Part shown: positions 1 to 7,764 of the stretch, one piece after another
How the letters are laid out: every line of letters starts with the position of its first letter
Position numbering within the stretch: the stretch's first letter is position 1
Assembly: GCA_046350635.1 (NCBI GenBank)
Contig: JAXLZY010000001.1
Location: forward strand, 154,727-178,726
Length of the DNA stretch: 24,000 bases
Reading direction: 5' to 3'
From: Candidatus Saccharimonadales bacterium
Lineage (GTDB): Bacteria > Patescibacteriota > Saccharimonadia > Saccharimonadales > CAIOMD01
The notes under the pieces: generated by a model
The model's input: only the letters and a program-made list of their open reading frames with translations
The model's database searches: none
Told to the model about the DNA's origin: nothing
Program-made: the position numbers and the translations under genes

Positions 1-421
1 CGCTAGTAGCGTTGTTTGCCTTATCAAGAACGAAGTTCACAATAACTTGTGATAGGGCAACTATTACCAAACCGACAATAGCGTAAAGGATTGTATTCTT
101 CGCAGCCGTCACACCGCCTGAATCACCACCACTTGTGATGTACTTAAATCCACCGTAAATCAACATGATGACCGATACAGCACCAACAACCCATGAGAAA
201 ATACTTATAATCTTGCCGATGATAGTTGGGAGAGTATTTTGGTTTGCATTTGACTGACACGAAGCACTTGTTGCATTAGTTGGGTCGCCACATGCACCCG
301 CAGCGGCTGAATCGCCAGGTGATGTATAGACTGCAAGTGATACGCCCGTAACGACAACAGGCGCCACTAGCAGGCTAAAAGCGACAACTAGGGTACTGAA
401 TAGTAGTTTGAGTTTGTTCAT
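1..421 (-). CDS. VirB2/TrbC-like T4SS pilin paralog P6 (partial; C-terminal end runs off the left edge)
   Basis: Absent from the ORF track because it is truncated. The ATG is the reverse complement of 419-421, preceded by AGGA with a 5-nt spacer. Hand translation gives MNKLKLLFSTLVVAFSLLVAPVVVTGVSLA (signal peptide), a Cys pair (AAGACGDPTNATSASCQ), then IFSWVVGAVSVIMLIYGGFKYITSGGDSGGVTAAKNTILYAIVGLVIVALSQVIVNFVLDKANNATS. The frame is open to position 2 and the pattern is almost the same as ORF 501-929. Confidence 0.8.
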   Translation of the reverse strand, partial: MNKLKLLFSTLVVAFSLLVAPVVVTGVSLAVYTSPGDSAAAGACGDPTNATSASCQSNANQNTLPTIIGKIISIFSWVVGAVSVIMLIYGGFKYITSGGDSGGVTAAKNTILYAIVGLVIVALSQVIVNFVLDKANNATS

Positions 422-500
422 TTTATTCCTTTATTAATTTATTACCTGTTTTATACCACGTAATCACCCCCACTTCAAGGGGTGTGACTACTGCACATGT

Positions 501-926
501 TTATTTACATTGCGAAGACGTAGGGTTTGTGGCGCAGTTAGTCTTTTTTAGAACAAAAATTACCAGCGTCTGCGAAAGTGCAACGACCACCAAACCGATA
601 AGTGCATAGATTATCGTGTTTTTAGCTGAGGTTATCTTGCCAGCATCACCACCACTCGTGACGTATTTAAAGCCTGCAAATATAAGCATAATTACTGCTA
701 TTGCACCAACGACCCATGAAAAGATGTTTATTATCTTAGCCACTAGGTCCTCTGGCTGTGCGCTTCCGGTACTTCCATCATTACACACCCCATTAGCATA
801 TGTGCCTCCGATAGCCTGACAAGCTGCTTGTTTGGAAGCATCGCTAGCGGCAATTGCAGGAACGGTAGCAAAAAGTGCTGTAGCGCTAAGCACCAATGCA
901 GAAAATAAAGTTAATAGTATTCTCAT
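501..926 (-). CDS. VirB2/TrbC-like T4SS pilin paralog P5
   Basis: Signal peptide MRILLTLFSALVLSATALFATVPAIAA and a Cys pair (AACQAIGGTYANGVCN). Two hydrophobic helices are joined by a short basic loop (IFSWVVGAIAVIMLIFAGFKYVTSGGDAGKITSAKNTIIYALIGLVVVALSQ), and a second Cys pair sits at the C-terminus (NCATNPTSSQCK). The track start at 929 is a TTG only 1 nt after a GGAGG (reverse complement of 931-935). The ATG at 926 has usable spacing, so I prefer 926. Confidence 0.8.
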   Translation of the reverse strand: MRILLTLFSALVLSATALFATVPAIAASDASKQAACQAIGGTYANGVCNDGSTGSAQPEDLVAKIINIFSWVVGAIAVIMLIFAGFKYVTSGGDAGKITSAKNTIIYALIGLVVVALSQTLVIFVLKKTNCATNPTSSQCK

Positions 927-934
927 CAATCCTC

Positions 935-1336
935 CTATAGTTTCGAAATTACTAAACCGACAATCACTCTCGCAAGGACAATCACAATCAAACCAACGAG
1001 CGAATAGATTATTGTCTCACGTGCTTGAGTAACTTTACCAGGGTCGCCACTACTTTTTGCGAGCCTAAACCCTGCAAAAATCATCATTATGACCGCTATT
1101 GCCCCAGCAAACCATGCTATAAGATTTGCGATATTTATAATTATACCGTTACTACCTGTTATTGGATCGGTAGAGTCAGTAACACACGCCGGGTTAGCTG
1201 CGCGTTGCTCGGGGCTTAGTGATTGGCATGTTGCGTCGATAGAATCGGTAGGCGTTGCGGCCATTATTACCGAGTTTGGTTGAACCATTACGAGGAAAGA
1301 AATCAAAAAGACTGTAGTCAATAAAAGGGCTTTCAT
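935..1336 (-). CDS. VirB2/TrbC-like T4SS pilin paralog P4
   Basis: 133 aa with a signal peptide (MKALLLTTVFLISFLVMVQPNSVIMAA) and a Cys pair (ATCQSLSPEQRAANPACV). The conserved hairpin is IAWFAGAIAVIMMIFAGFRLAKSSGDPGKVTQARETIIYSLVGLIVIVLA. The ATG shares one base with the stop of the upstream paralog (TAATG at 1334-1338), and AGGA lies 8 nt upstream. Confidence 0.8.
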   Translation of the reverse strand: MKALLLTTVFLISFLVMVQPNSVIMAATPTDSIDATCQSLSPEQRAANPACVTDSTDPITGSNGIIINIANLIAWFAGAIAVIMMIFAGFRLAKSSGDPGKVTQARETIIYSLVGLIVIVLARVIVGLVISKL

Positions 1337-1641
1337 TACACTTTTCCTATAACGAACGCTACAATTGCAGTCGCACTTAATGAAATTATAAGCCCAATAA
1401 CGGCATACACAATTGTCTTTCGGGCAGAAACAATTTTTTGTGGATCACCAATTGAAATAACATACTTAAAACCTGCTATAACTATCACAAGAAAGCTTAT
1501 TGCGGCAATTAGACCAAAAACAAAATACAATATACTCTGCAACTTAGCATCAGATGTAGTGGGTGATTTTGGTATACCTAACGAGTTTGGATCTCCCAAA
1601 ACTCCCGTTGCGACATAAATTAAGTTCTTAATTGGTTCCAT
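1336..1641 (-). CDS. Short VirB2/TrbC-like pilin paralog P3 (no obvious signal peptide, no Cys)
   Basis: 101 aa. It carries the conserved two-helix hairpin (LYFVFGLIAAISFLVIVIAGFKYVISIGDPQKIVSARKTIVYAVIGLIISLSATAIVAFVIG). The N-terminus (MEPIKNLIYVATGVLGDPNSLGIPKSPTTSD) lacks the basic-hydrophobic leader seen in the other five. Confidence 0.7.
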   Translation of the reverse strand: MEPIKNLIYVATGVLGDPNSLGIPKSPTTSDAKLQSILYFVFGLIAAISFLVIVIAGFKYVISIGDPQKIVSARKTIVYAVIGLIISLSATAIVAFVIGKV

Positions 1642-1649
1642 GAATACTA

Positions 1650-2147
1650 TTATGATACCTGTTTAGATAAGAAGGATGCCACAAATCTAACAATTTGGGA
1701 TGCGAGCAGGGCAATCACCAAACCAATGATGGCATTTAGTATAGTTTTACGGGCAGAAACAATTTTGTTGGGCTCGCCCTGAGAAACAACAAAACTAAAA
1801 CCACCGTAAATTACAAACCCAACAGCCACAACAGCCGAAAGACGAATTAATATATCCGTAATCGCTAATAAAATTAAAAATATTATCTTAAGCCCATCTC
1901 CGTCAGCCGGCTTAGTCTGAATTTCACATCCGGTATCCGTTTTAACTACATCTAAATATTCATACCAGGTCGGAATGCCAAATATAGTTGTTTTTTTGCC
2001 GCAGGTTGCATCTGCAGCGGCCTGTGCCGCAGCTGTTGCAGAATCTGCCGGAGGCTGTGGGGCGGCATAGGCCGAAACAGGTACAATGACTGCGTAAAAC
2101 ATAAAGAAACCAGCTAACACAAAACTTACGGGTAAGAACCGCTTCAT
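1650..2147 (-). CDS. VirB2/TrbC-like T4SS pilin paralog P2
   Basis: The track ORF extends to 2174, but the second ATG (2145-2147) is preceded by a perfect AGGAGGTG with a 7-nt spacer. It yields a clean signal peptide (MKRFLPVSFVLAGFFMFYAVIVPVSAYAA) and forms a TAATG overlap with the stop of the upstream gene. It has a Cys pair (DATCGKK...DTGCEIQ) and the conserved hairpin VVAVGFVIYGGFSFVVSQGEPNKIVSARKTILNAIIGLVIALLASQ. Confidence 0.8.
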   Translation of the reverse strand: MKRFLPVSFVLAGFFMFYAVIVPVSAYAAPQPPADSATAAAQAAADATCGKKTTIFGIPTWYEYLDVVKTDTGCEIQTKPADGDGLKIIFLILLAITDILIRLSAVVAVGFVIYGGFSFVVSQGEPNKIVSARKTILNAIIGLVIALLASQIVRFVASFLSKQVS

Positions 2148-2737
2148 TAGAACGCACCTCCTGGTATTAACCATTGCAAGAACGCATACAAAAATATAAA
2201 TGCGGCAAGCCCTAATACGACATTTGCAATTCGTGTTTTAGCCGCCTGAACAGCTTGTGGATTATCGCGAGCAGCCGAATATTGTAACCCTCCAACAATA
2301 ATCATTAGCACTGCCCCTATACCTATAATTCCTGCAAAAATATTAATCGCCACTTTGAGCCACGTGATAATCGGGTTGTTATCCGTTGAATATTTCTCTG
2401 AGTTTGGATAAATACTACCAACGGTAACAGATTGGGCAACCGCAACTGGTTTAACAAGAACTTTTGTTTTGTCTTTGGCGCAAGCAGTATTCGTTTTACA
2501 TACTGCTGTAATGTATTTTTTATACGCGGCTTGGCCACACGCGGTATCATCAGCTGCACACTTTGCGACATCGGCAACATAGGTTGCACACTTGGCATAA
2601 TACGGCTCCTTAAGGCTTGCGCAATAATCTGTGCCATTTTCTGGAGCAGGAGCGGCCTGTGCCGTAACGCCAACCATAACGAAAAATGCAAACGTCAGCG
2701 GTGCGAGTAGGATATATTTTAATGCTTTTTTATTCAT
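2147..2737 (-). CDS. VirB2/TrbC-like T4SS pilin paralog P1 (largest, six-Cys head; first gene of the pilin operon)
   Basis: 196 aa with signal peptide MNKKALKYILLAPLTFAFFVMVGVTAQAA. Six Cys lie in an Ala/Lys-rich head (DYCASLKEPYYAKCATYVADVAKCAADDTACGQAAYKKYITAVCKTNTACAKD). The hairpin is more divergent but recognisable: IFAGIIGIGAVLMIIVGGLQYSAARDNPQAVQAAKTRIANVVLGLAAFIFLYA. Confidence 0.7.
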   Translation of the reverse strand: MNKKALKYILLAPLTFAFFVMVGVTAQAAPAPENGTDYCASLKEPYYAKCATYVADVAKCAADDTACGQAAYKKYITAVCKTNTACAKDKTKVLVKPVAVAQSVTVGSIYPNSEKYSTDNNPIITWLKVAINIFAGIIGIGAVLMIIVGGLQYSAARDNPQAVQAAKTRIANVVLGLAAFIFLYAFLQWLIPGGAF

Positions 2738-2882
2738 ATTAAGCTGTTAACGTTGCTAATATCATACAGCAATCTTGCCACGATTGCATGCCATCATTTC
2801 TGCATAGGTGTAAAACTTGTTTTAAAGTACTTGAAATAATGATACATTTATAAGAGTAAACAAACCGCTTACGTTAGTTATA
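2738..2882. promoter_or_regulatory. Divergent intergenic control region between the pilin operon (minus) and the T4SS core operon (plus)
   Basis: A 145-bp AT-rich spacer between divergent start codons. A candidate minus-strand -10 element TATGAT is the reverse complement of 2761-2766. TTGAAA (2832-2837) and TATAAG-like elements lie on the plus strand. I cannot fix exact -35/-10 pairs by eye. Confidence 0.4.
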
Positions 2883-5726
2883 ATGCTTCGCAATCTAAAA
2901 CAAATAAAATACCGTGTTGGCCTACCGATAATCGCTTTGGTCTTTTTCTTAGTAAGCGTCATTCCGGCAGTGTATACCAGTTACTACGCTTCGGCCGCAA
3001 CGGGCTCAAAAAATGATATCGACCAGCGTGTTTTTGCATTTCAAGCATATGTCACTATGTCGGATGGTAGTTGTGTTTGGGAAGATAGTGGCATATTTAC
3101 TGACGCCTCAACCTGGATGCAGACTTCTTGGAGTAGCCAGCGAAACAAAAATGTACCAGTAGGCACCGTGTTTAATCGCCAGGTTGCTAGAACCGGGGGT
3201 GAAGGCGACATTAACTGTGACAATATGAATGGCTGGGTAGATAAGGCTGTTACAGTTTGGGGGTTTGCGAGCACTAAAGAGTTCTTGGACAAGCTTGTTA
3301 CAAATGGTGGCCTCACGTTTAATAATGGTGAATATTCAAAAGTTGGCGACAAAGAAATTGAAGCCGCTATCAAAAAAACTCTACAAGCAACAACATTTTT
3401 TAGTGGCTCAGACTTAGGCGCATTATCTAAAGACGAGTTTTACTACGATGCGCTTATTAATTTTCAAGATACCTGTAGCGTCTCTTTCTCTAGCTCAGAC
3501 GCAAAGCTCAACGGAGATGATCGTGTATCAGCAAAAACGAAAAAGGTTGAGGCCGATGGCACGGTAACAGAAGGATATTGGCATTTTAGTGGAAAAGGTA
3601 CCAAGAGTGTTGGTACCGCCTTGAAACCCGGTGAGGGTACAGCAGACTGTGAAGAACTTGCATCCATGGTAAGCAGGGCAGAATATGTAGATGCATACAT
3701 AAAGTACGTGAAAGATGGTGGCACACCTCCGTCAGATGGCAGTACGGGTAGTGGCCCGGGCGCAGGAACGGCCTGCACGCAAATTATTAATCCACTTACC
3801 TGGATACTTTGCCCAATCCTTGATCTTGCAGATGGGCTGTACGGCGTGTTCACCTCATTTATTCAATCAATGCTTACTGTACAAGAATCGCTGTATGATT
3901 CAGAACAACTAAAAGCCTCTTGGGCTGCTATGCGAAATATTGCTTCATCGCTTATCGTGATTGTTGCGCTAATAATGATTGCCAGCCAAGTATTTAATTT
4001 TGATTTTCTAAGTGCCTACACAATCAAAAAGGTTTTACCGCGACTTATTATTGCAGCTATCGCTATTCAGCTATCGTGGTTTATCTTTACGACAATAATT
4101 ACGGTCATTAACGCTATAGGGCTTGGTATTTATTCGCTTATGCTGGCGCCGTTCGGGCTCAATGGTGGGGGCGGTGATATTGTTGACCTACTTGGAACAC
4201 AAAGCGAAGGCGCGAAATTATTTAGTGGCACACTAATTGCAGTTGGCGCCGGTGCGGGCTTTATTGCAGTCGGAGGCCTGGCCGGTATCGTAGCAGCTGC
4301 TATTGCTGTTGGATTTGCACTTGTAATGGCTGTGGCGACCCTAATTTTACGCAAAATGCTTATTATCGCTCTTCTCGTGCTTGCTCCACTTGCACTTGTG
4401 GCATGGATTTTGCCGGGTACACAAAAATACTGGACTACTTGGTGGAATCTATTTATACGGTTATTGTTTATGTTCCCGTTAATTATGATTCTTATCGCGA
4501 GCGGTAAGATTTTTGCAGCATTACTCGCCCAAAGTGGCGCTGGCTATGCGGTAGAGCAAGGAATAAAACCATTAATCATTATTATTGCCTACTTTATTCC
4601 ACTGTTCCTAATACCGGCGACATTTAAATTCGCTGGTGGAATATTTGCCACCGTATCAGGAAAGATGAGTAGCTTCGGCAAGCAATGGGGCAAGCAAAGT
4701 GGAGATCTTGCCAAAGGTAAAACCATTGAAAGTGTTGGCCGCTTAGCACGTAATAGGAATAATAGATTCACCAGAGGACTTAATTACGCTTCTCATGGAG
4801 CAGTCACATCCAGGCAAAGATCAAGAGCCGCAGAAACAAGTCGCGCAGCCATTCATGAACGTGAAAAAAACTTTCAGGCACTTGTTGAAGCTAGAACAGC
4901 AGGCATGGATCGTGGTCGTAAGCACGCCGAATTACTCGATATAATTAACAACGGTAGCGAAGATATGGCAGAGGGAGCAGCTAGGATTTTAGCCGCGGAG
5001 CGTGGCTGGAATCAAATGGATAATTTAAACGCTAGGGGGCTCCATAGAGTTAGGGAGATTGCTGCCAATGATCCAACAGGTTTCGGTAGCTCACTATGGT
5101 CTTCCAGAAGAGATATTGCAGATGGTCCTGCGGATAGAATAAGTACGATGAGTGCAAATGATGCTGCAGGCCAACATAGTTCATTCTTTACTGCTGGTAA
5201 CGTTAATCAGCTTGACCCAAGAACTGCGGCTGATTTAACTAGAAACCAAACTCTTATGTCAGCACTTAATGCTGACACTCAAGAGCTAATATACCAACGT
5301 GCTGGGATACCTAATCCTATAGCTGGTGGTGGGGGTAATCCTGCCAGAGGTGGAGCTCCTGCCCCTGCCGCTGGTGGTGGTGGCGCTCCTGCTGGTGGAA
5401 ACCCTGCTGCCGGTGGAGGTAATAGAGGTCAAGCTGGTGGAAACACTCCGCCACGAGTCATCAATTTAACACAGGGTACAACTGGCGCTGGGACTACCGG
5501 TGCAGCTACAATGTTACACACAGCAAGTAATGTTCAAACTCAAATTAATAATGCTGGGGGCATGAGTTCTCTTAGTTCAGAAGAGGTTATTGATATCTAT
5601 AATCATGCCGATCGAAACTGGAGAAATGATACTGAAGGTACCCAGATTGGCCTCGATGCAATTGATGAACTAAGAAATCGAGGCATCTTACCACCATCTA
5701 ATAATGGTCCGACGACAGGCCCGTAA
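2883..5726 (+). CDS. VirB6/TrbL-like polytopic membrane protein with large extracytoplasmic N-domain and long cytoplasmic tail
   Basis: 947 aa. An N-terminal anchor (LPIIALVFFLVSVIPAVY) is followed by a roughly 300-aa Cys-containing soluble domain. A block of about 7-8 hydrophobic helices spans aa ~350-590 (e.g. LIVIVALIMIASQVF, LIIAAIAIQLSWFIFTTIITVINAIGLGIY, IAVGGLAGIVAAAIAVGFALVMAVATLIL, LIIALLVLAPLALVAWIL, LIIIIAYFIPLFLIPA). This is typical of TrbL/VirB6 and the Gram-positive PrgH/TcpH class. The basic tail contains a Gly/Ala/Pro low-complexity stretch (aa 813-856). The family call rests on topology and gene context only. Confidence 0.6.
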   Translation: MLRNLKQIKYRVGLPIIALVFFLVSVIPAVYTSYYASAATGSKNDIDQRVFAFQAYVTMSDGSCVWEDSGIFTDASTWMQTSWSSQRNKNVPVGTVFNRQVARTGGEGDINCDNMNGWVDKAVTVWGFASTKEFLDKLVTNGGLTFNNGEYSKVGDKEIEAAIKKTLQATTFFSGSDLGALSKDEFYYDALINFQDTCSVSFSSSDAKLNGDDRVSAKTKKVEADGTVTEGYWHFSGKGTKSVGTALKPGEGTADCEELASMVSRAEYVDAYIKYVKDGGTPPSDGSTGSGPGAGTACTQIINPLTWILCPILDLADGLYGVFTSFIQSMLTVQESLYDSEQLKASWAAMRNIASSLIVIVALIMIASQVFNFDFLSAYTIKKVLPRLIIAAIAIQLSWFIFTTIITVINAIGLGIYSLMLAPFGLNGGGGDIVDLLGTQSEGAKLFSGTLIAVGAGAGFIAVGGLAGIVAAAIAVGFALVMAVATLILRKMLIIALLVLAPLALVAWILPGTQKYWTTWWNLFIRLLFMFPLIMILIASGKIFAALLAQSGAGYAVEQGIKPLIIIIAYFIPLFLIPATFKFAGGIFATVSGKMSSFGKQWGKQSGDLAKGKTIESVGRLARNRNNRFTRGLNYASHGAVTSRQRSRAAETSRAAIHEREKNFQALVEARTAGMDRGRKHAELLDIINNGSEDMAEGAARILAAERGWNQMDNLNARGLHRVREIAANDPTGFGSSLWSSRRDIADGPADRISTMSANDAAGQHSSFFTAGNVNQLDPRTAADLTRNQTLMSALNADTQELIYQRAGIPNPIAGGGGNPARGGAPAPAAGGGGAPAGGNPAAGGGNRGQAGGNTPPRVINLTQGTTGAGTTGAATMLHTASNVQTQINNAGGMSSLSSEEVIDIYNHADRNWRNDTEGTQIGLDAIDELRNRGILPPSNNGPTTGP

Positions 5727-5737
5727 ATGAGTAGTGT

Positions 5738-6874
5738 ATGGCTGTATATAAAGTAATACAAGATATTGAGGCAGAAGATAAACTCCTTGGGCCATTAACT
5801 CTCAAACAGTTTATCTTTGCGGTTATTTCTGCTGGTTTTGTGTTTGTAGCTTTTATTGCTGTTTCAAAACTTGGCAATATATTAGTTGCTATACCGTTTT
5901 TACCTTTTATCTTAGTATTCGGCGTACTAGCCGCACCACTTGGGCGCGATCAACCAACAGATGTGTGGTTGGCGGCTCAAATTCGTTTTTTTACCAAACC
6001 CCGCAAGCGCATTTGGGATCAGTCTGGTATTAAAAACTTAGTTACCATTACCGTCCCTAAAAAGATAGAAAAGATTTATACCGATGGCTTAAGCCAGCAA
6101 GAGGTTAAAAGCCGTTTGCAAGCGCTCGCCGAAACAATTGATAGCCGCGGCTGGGCCGTAAAAAACGTCGCCGTTAATATGTATGCTACCCCAGCCTATG
6201 CAATGGCGTCTGACCGCCTTGTCGACCCTTCAAGCTTGCCACAAGCCGTACCGACAACTGATATAACAGCAGCCGATGACATCATGGATGCAACCTACAA
6301 CCCGGTAGCACAACATTTTGATCAAATGGTACATGATGCTACTACGGCGCAAAAGAATGCTGCAATCGCACGAATGCAGCAGGCGATGGCAAGCCCTCAA
6401 GCTCCACCGCAAACAAACCAACAAGCCCCGGTTGACCCTTGGTTTATACATCAACCAGACCCGTCTGCAGTACCGCAAAATAGTGCAATGTTTAGTGCTC
6501 AAACCGTTGCTCCTGTAGCTGTAGCTACACAACAACCAGAAGATGGGTTTTTGTCTGAACACACCGAACAACCATCGTCGCCAGAAGAGGCCGAGTTACT
6601 CGAACATATAAAAGCCGAAAAACAGCAAGAGCATCAAGGTTGGGCACATCACAAGACTATTAAAACACCCGAAGAAGTCGCAGCCGAAGAAGCGGACCAA
6701 AAACAAAAAGAGCTAGAAGAAAAAGCAAAACAAGCACAAGCGGTGACACCCCCTAAAAACCCTGGTATAGTAGAACTTGCAAATACTAACGATCTTAGTG
6801 TGGCAAGCGTAGCGCAACTTGCGAAACGAAACAGCCAGAATGACGACGGAGAAGTTGTTATTAAACTGCACTAG
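5738..6874 (+). CDS. PrgI/VirB3-like small T4SS membrane protein fused to a ~230-aa disordered C-terminal tail
   Basis: The N-terminus AVYKVIQDIEAEDKLLGPLTLKQFIFAVISAGFVFVAFIAVSKLGNILVAIPFLPFILVFGVLAAPLGRDQPTDVWL matches the PrgI-family pattern as I remember it. That pattern is a conserved DIE..DK..G.LTL.Q motif followed by two TM helices. The gene sits immediately upstream of the VirB4 genes, as VirB3 analogues do. The remainder is Q/P/A/E/K-rich low complexity. Confidence 0.65.
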   Translation: MAVYKVIQDIEAEDKLLGPLTLKQFIFAVISAGFVFVAFIAVSKLGNILVAIPFLPFILVFGVLAAPLGRDQPTDVWLAAQIRFFTKPRKRIWDQSGIKNLVTITVPKKIEKIYTDGLSQQEVKSRLQALAETIDSRGWAVKNVAVNMYATPAYAMASDRLVDPSSLPQAVPTTDITAADDIMDATYNPVAQHFDQMVHDATTAQKNAAIARMQQAMASPQAPPQTNQQAPVDPWFIHQPDPSAVPQNSAMFSAQTVAPVAVATQQPEDGFLSEHTEQPSSPEEAELLEHIKAEKQQEHQGWAHHKTIKTPEEVAAEEADQKQKELEEKAKQAQAVTPPKNPGIVELANTNDLSVASVAQLAKRNSQNDDGEVVIKLH

Positions 6875-6894
6875 GGTGGGGCAACGCACAGTAT

Positions 6895-7764
6895 GTGTGC
6901 GTCGCTATGCGCGATATGAATCCAGATACACAAGGCACTATTCCTAATCAATATTCTCAGCCCGGTATACAACCGGGTGGCTATTCTCAACCGCAAAATT
7001 CGGGCGTACCGCCTCAGCAGCAAGCACCTGTAGCCCCCGTTAAATCTAACCCAAATAGTACCCAAAACACACTGCTCATTAACGAAATCCGCGATGGCGT
7101 CGTTATTATGAGTGATGGCTCGTTTAGGTCGGTTGTCATGCTTAAAAGCATTAACTTCGACCTTATGAGCCCGCAAGAGCGTGAAGCAGTAGAGTATTCA
7201 TACCAGGGTTTTTTAAACTCACTGTATTTTCCGGTTCAAATATTTGTACGTTCACAAAAAGTTGACCTTGGGCCATATCTAGATAAGCTTGTTAAAATTC
7301 GTGGCGAACACGACAATATGCTACTTGCCATGTTAATGGATGATTACATTAATTTTATGGACAATTTAGCCGCGCAAACCAATATTATGGACAAAAAATT
7401 CTATGTTGTTATTCCGTACTTTCCTAATGTCGATACCCAAAAAGCCGTGCAGGCAAGTAAAAGTTTATTCTCGGGCTTATTTGGCCAAAAAGAACAAGCA
7501 ATTACTATCAACGAAGGTGACCTAGAAGCGGCAAAAACAGAACTCCGTAATCGCGTGCAGGCAGTGCTTAACGGCCTCATGCAGTGTGGGGTACAGGGCC
7601 TACCACTCGATACCCAAGAACTTATAGAACTTTACTACGATGCCTATAACCCTGATACGGCCACACGCCAACAGTTAAAAAACTTTAGTGATTTAACAGC
7701 GCCAGTAATAACAAAGGGCGAAGGCCAAGCCTATCAGCCTAACCTTGATAGGGAGATGAACTAA
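6895..7764 (+). CDS. VirB4 N-terminal-module-like protein (separately encoded), with Q/P-rich disordered head
   Basis: The ordered part is LLINEIRDGVVIMSDGSFRSVVMLKSINFDLMSPQEREAVEYSYQGFLNSLYFPVQIFVRSQKVDLGPYLDKL...NIMDKKFYVVIPYF. It resembles the extreme N-terminal region of Firmicutes-type VirB4 proteins (Tn916 Orf16/TcpF/ConE class), from my memory of the alignments. Its stop overlaps the VirB4 ATG (TAATG at 7762-7766). The start is uncertain: 6895 is a GTG, and in-frame ATGs lie at 6907 and 6916. Confidence 0.5.
   Translation: MCVAMRDMNPDTQGTIPNQYSQPGIQPGGYSQPQNSGVPPQQQAPVAPVKSNPNSTQNTLLINEIRDGVVIMSDGSFRSVVMLKSINFDLMSPQEREAVEYSYQGFLNSLYFPVQIFVRSQKVDLGPYLDKLVKIRGEHDNMLLAMLMDDYINFMDNLAAQTNIMDKKFYVVIPYFPNVDTQKAVQASKSLFSGLFGQKEQAITINEGDLEAAKTELRNRVQAVLNGLMQCGVQGLPLDTQELIELYYDAYNPDTATRQQLKNFSDLTAPVITKGEGQAYQPNLDREMN

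Noticed and set aside
464-487. A GC-rich hairpin (CACCCC-8 nt-GGGGTG) in the 79-bp gap between pilin paralogs P5 and P6, considered as an intra-operon terminator.
   Set aside because: It has only a 6-bp stem and no U-tract follows it on the minus-strand transcript. It may be an RNA processing or stability element, but I cannot support a terminator call.
616-4771. Many 60-130-aa ORFs antisense to or out of frame with the pilin and VirB6-like genes (e.g. 616-819, 832-1032, 1025-1219, 1089-1283, 1960-2157, 2323-2691, 2432-2710, 3041-3373, 3464-3853, 3715-3912, 4130-4354, 4589-4771).
   Set aside because: These are shadow ORFs fully nested in longer ORFs that have clear family motifs and SD sites. 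Their translations are low-complexity or Cys/Arg-rich with no recognisable features. The same reasoning applies to nested ORFs further right (6230-6571, 6318-6518, 6871-7176, 7693-7878, 8393-8668, 8926-9144, 9212-9601, 9754-9999, 10159-10680, 11238-11999, 12847-13038, 13615-13833, 14339-14527, 15620-16753, 17589-18542, 18753-19399, 19510-19704, 20667-21032, 23364-23695).
5322-5440. Four copies of GCTGGTGG, the E. coli Chi octamer, within 120 bp (5322, 5370, 5391, 5433).
   Set aside because: They fall in the Gly/Ala/Pro low-complexity coding tract (AGG repeats encoded as GCT GGT GG). Chi is a RecBCD-specific, lineage-specific signal with no reason to apply here. This is most simply a by-product of codon repetition.
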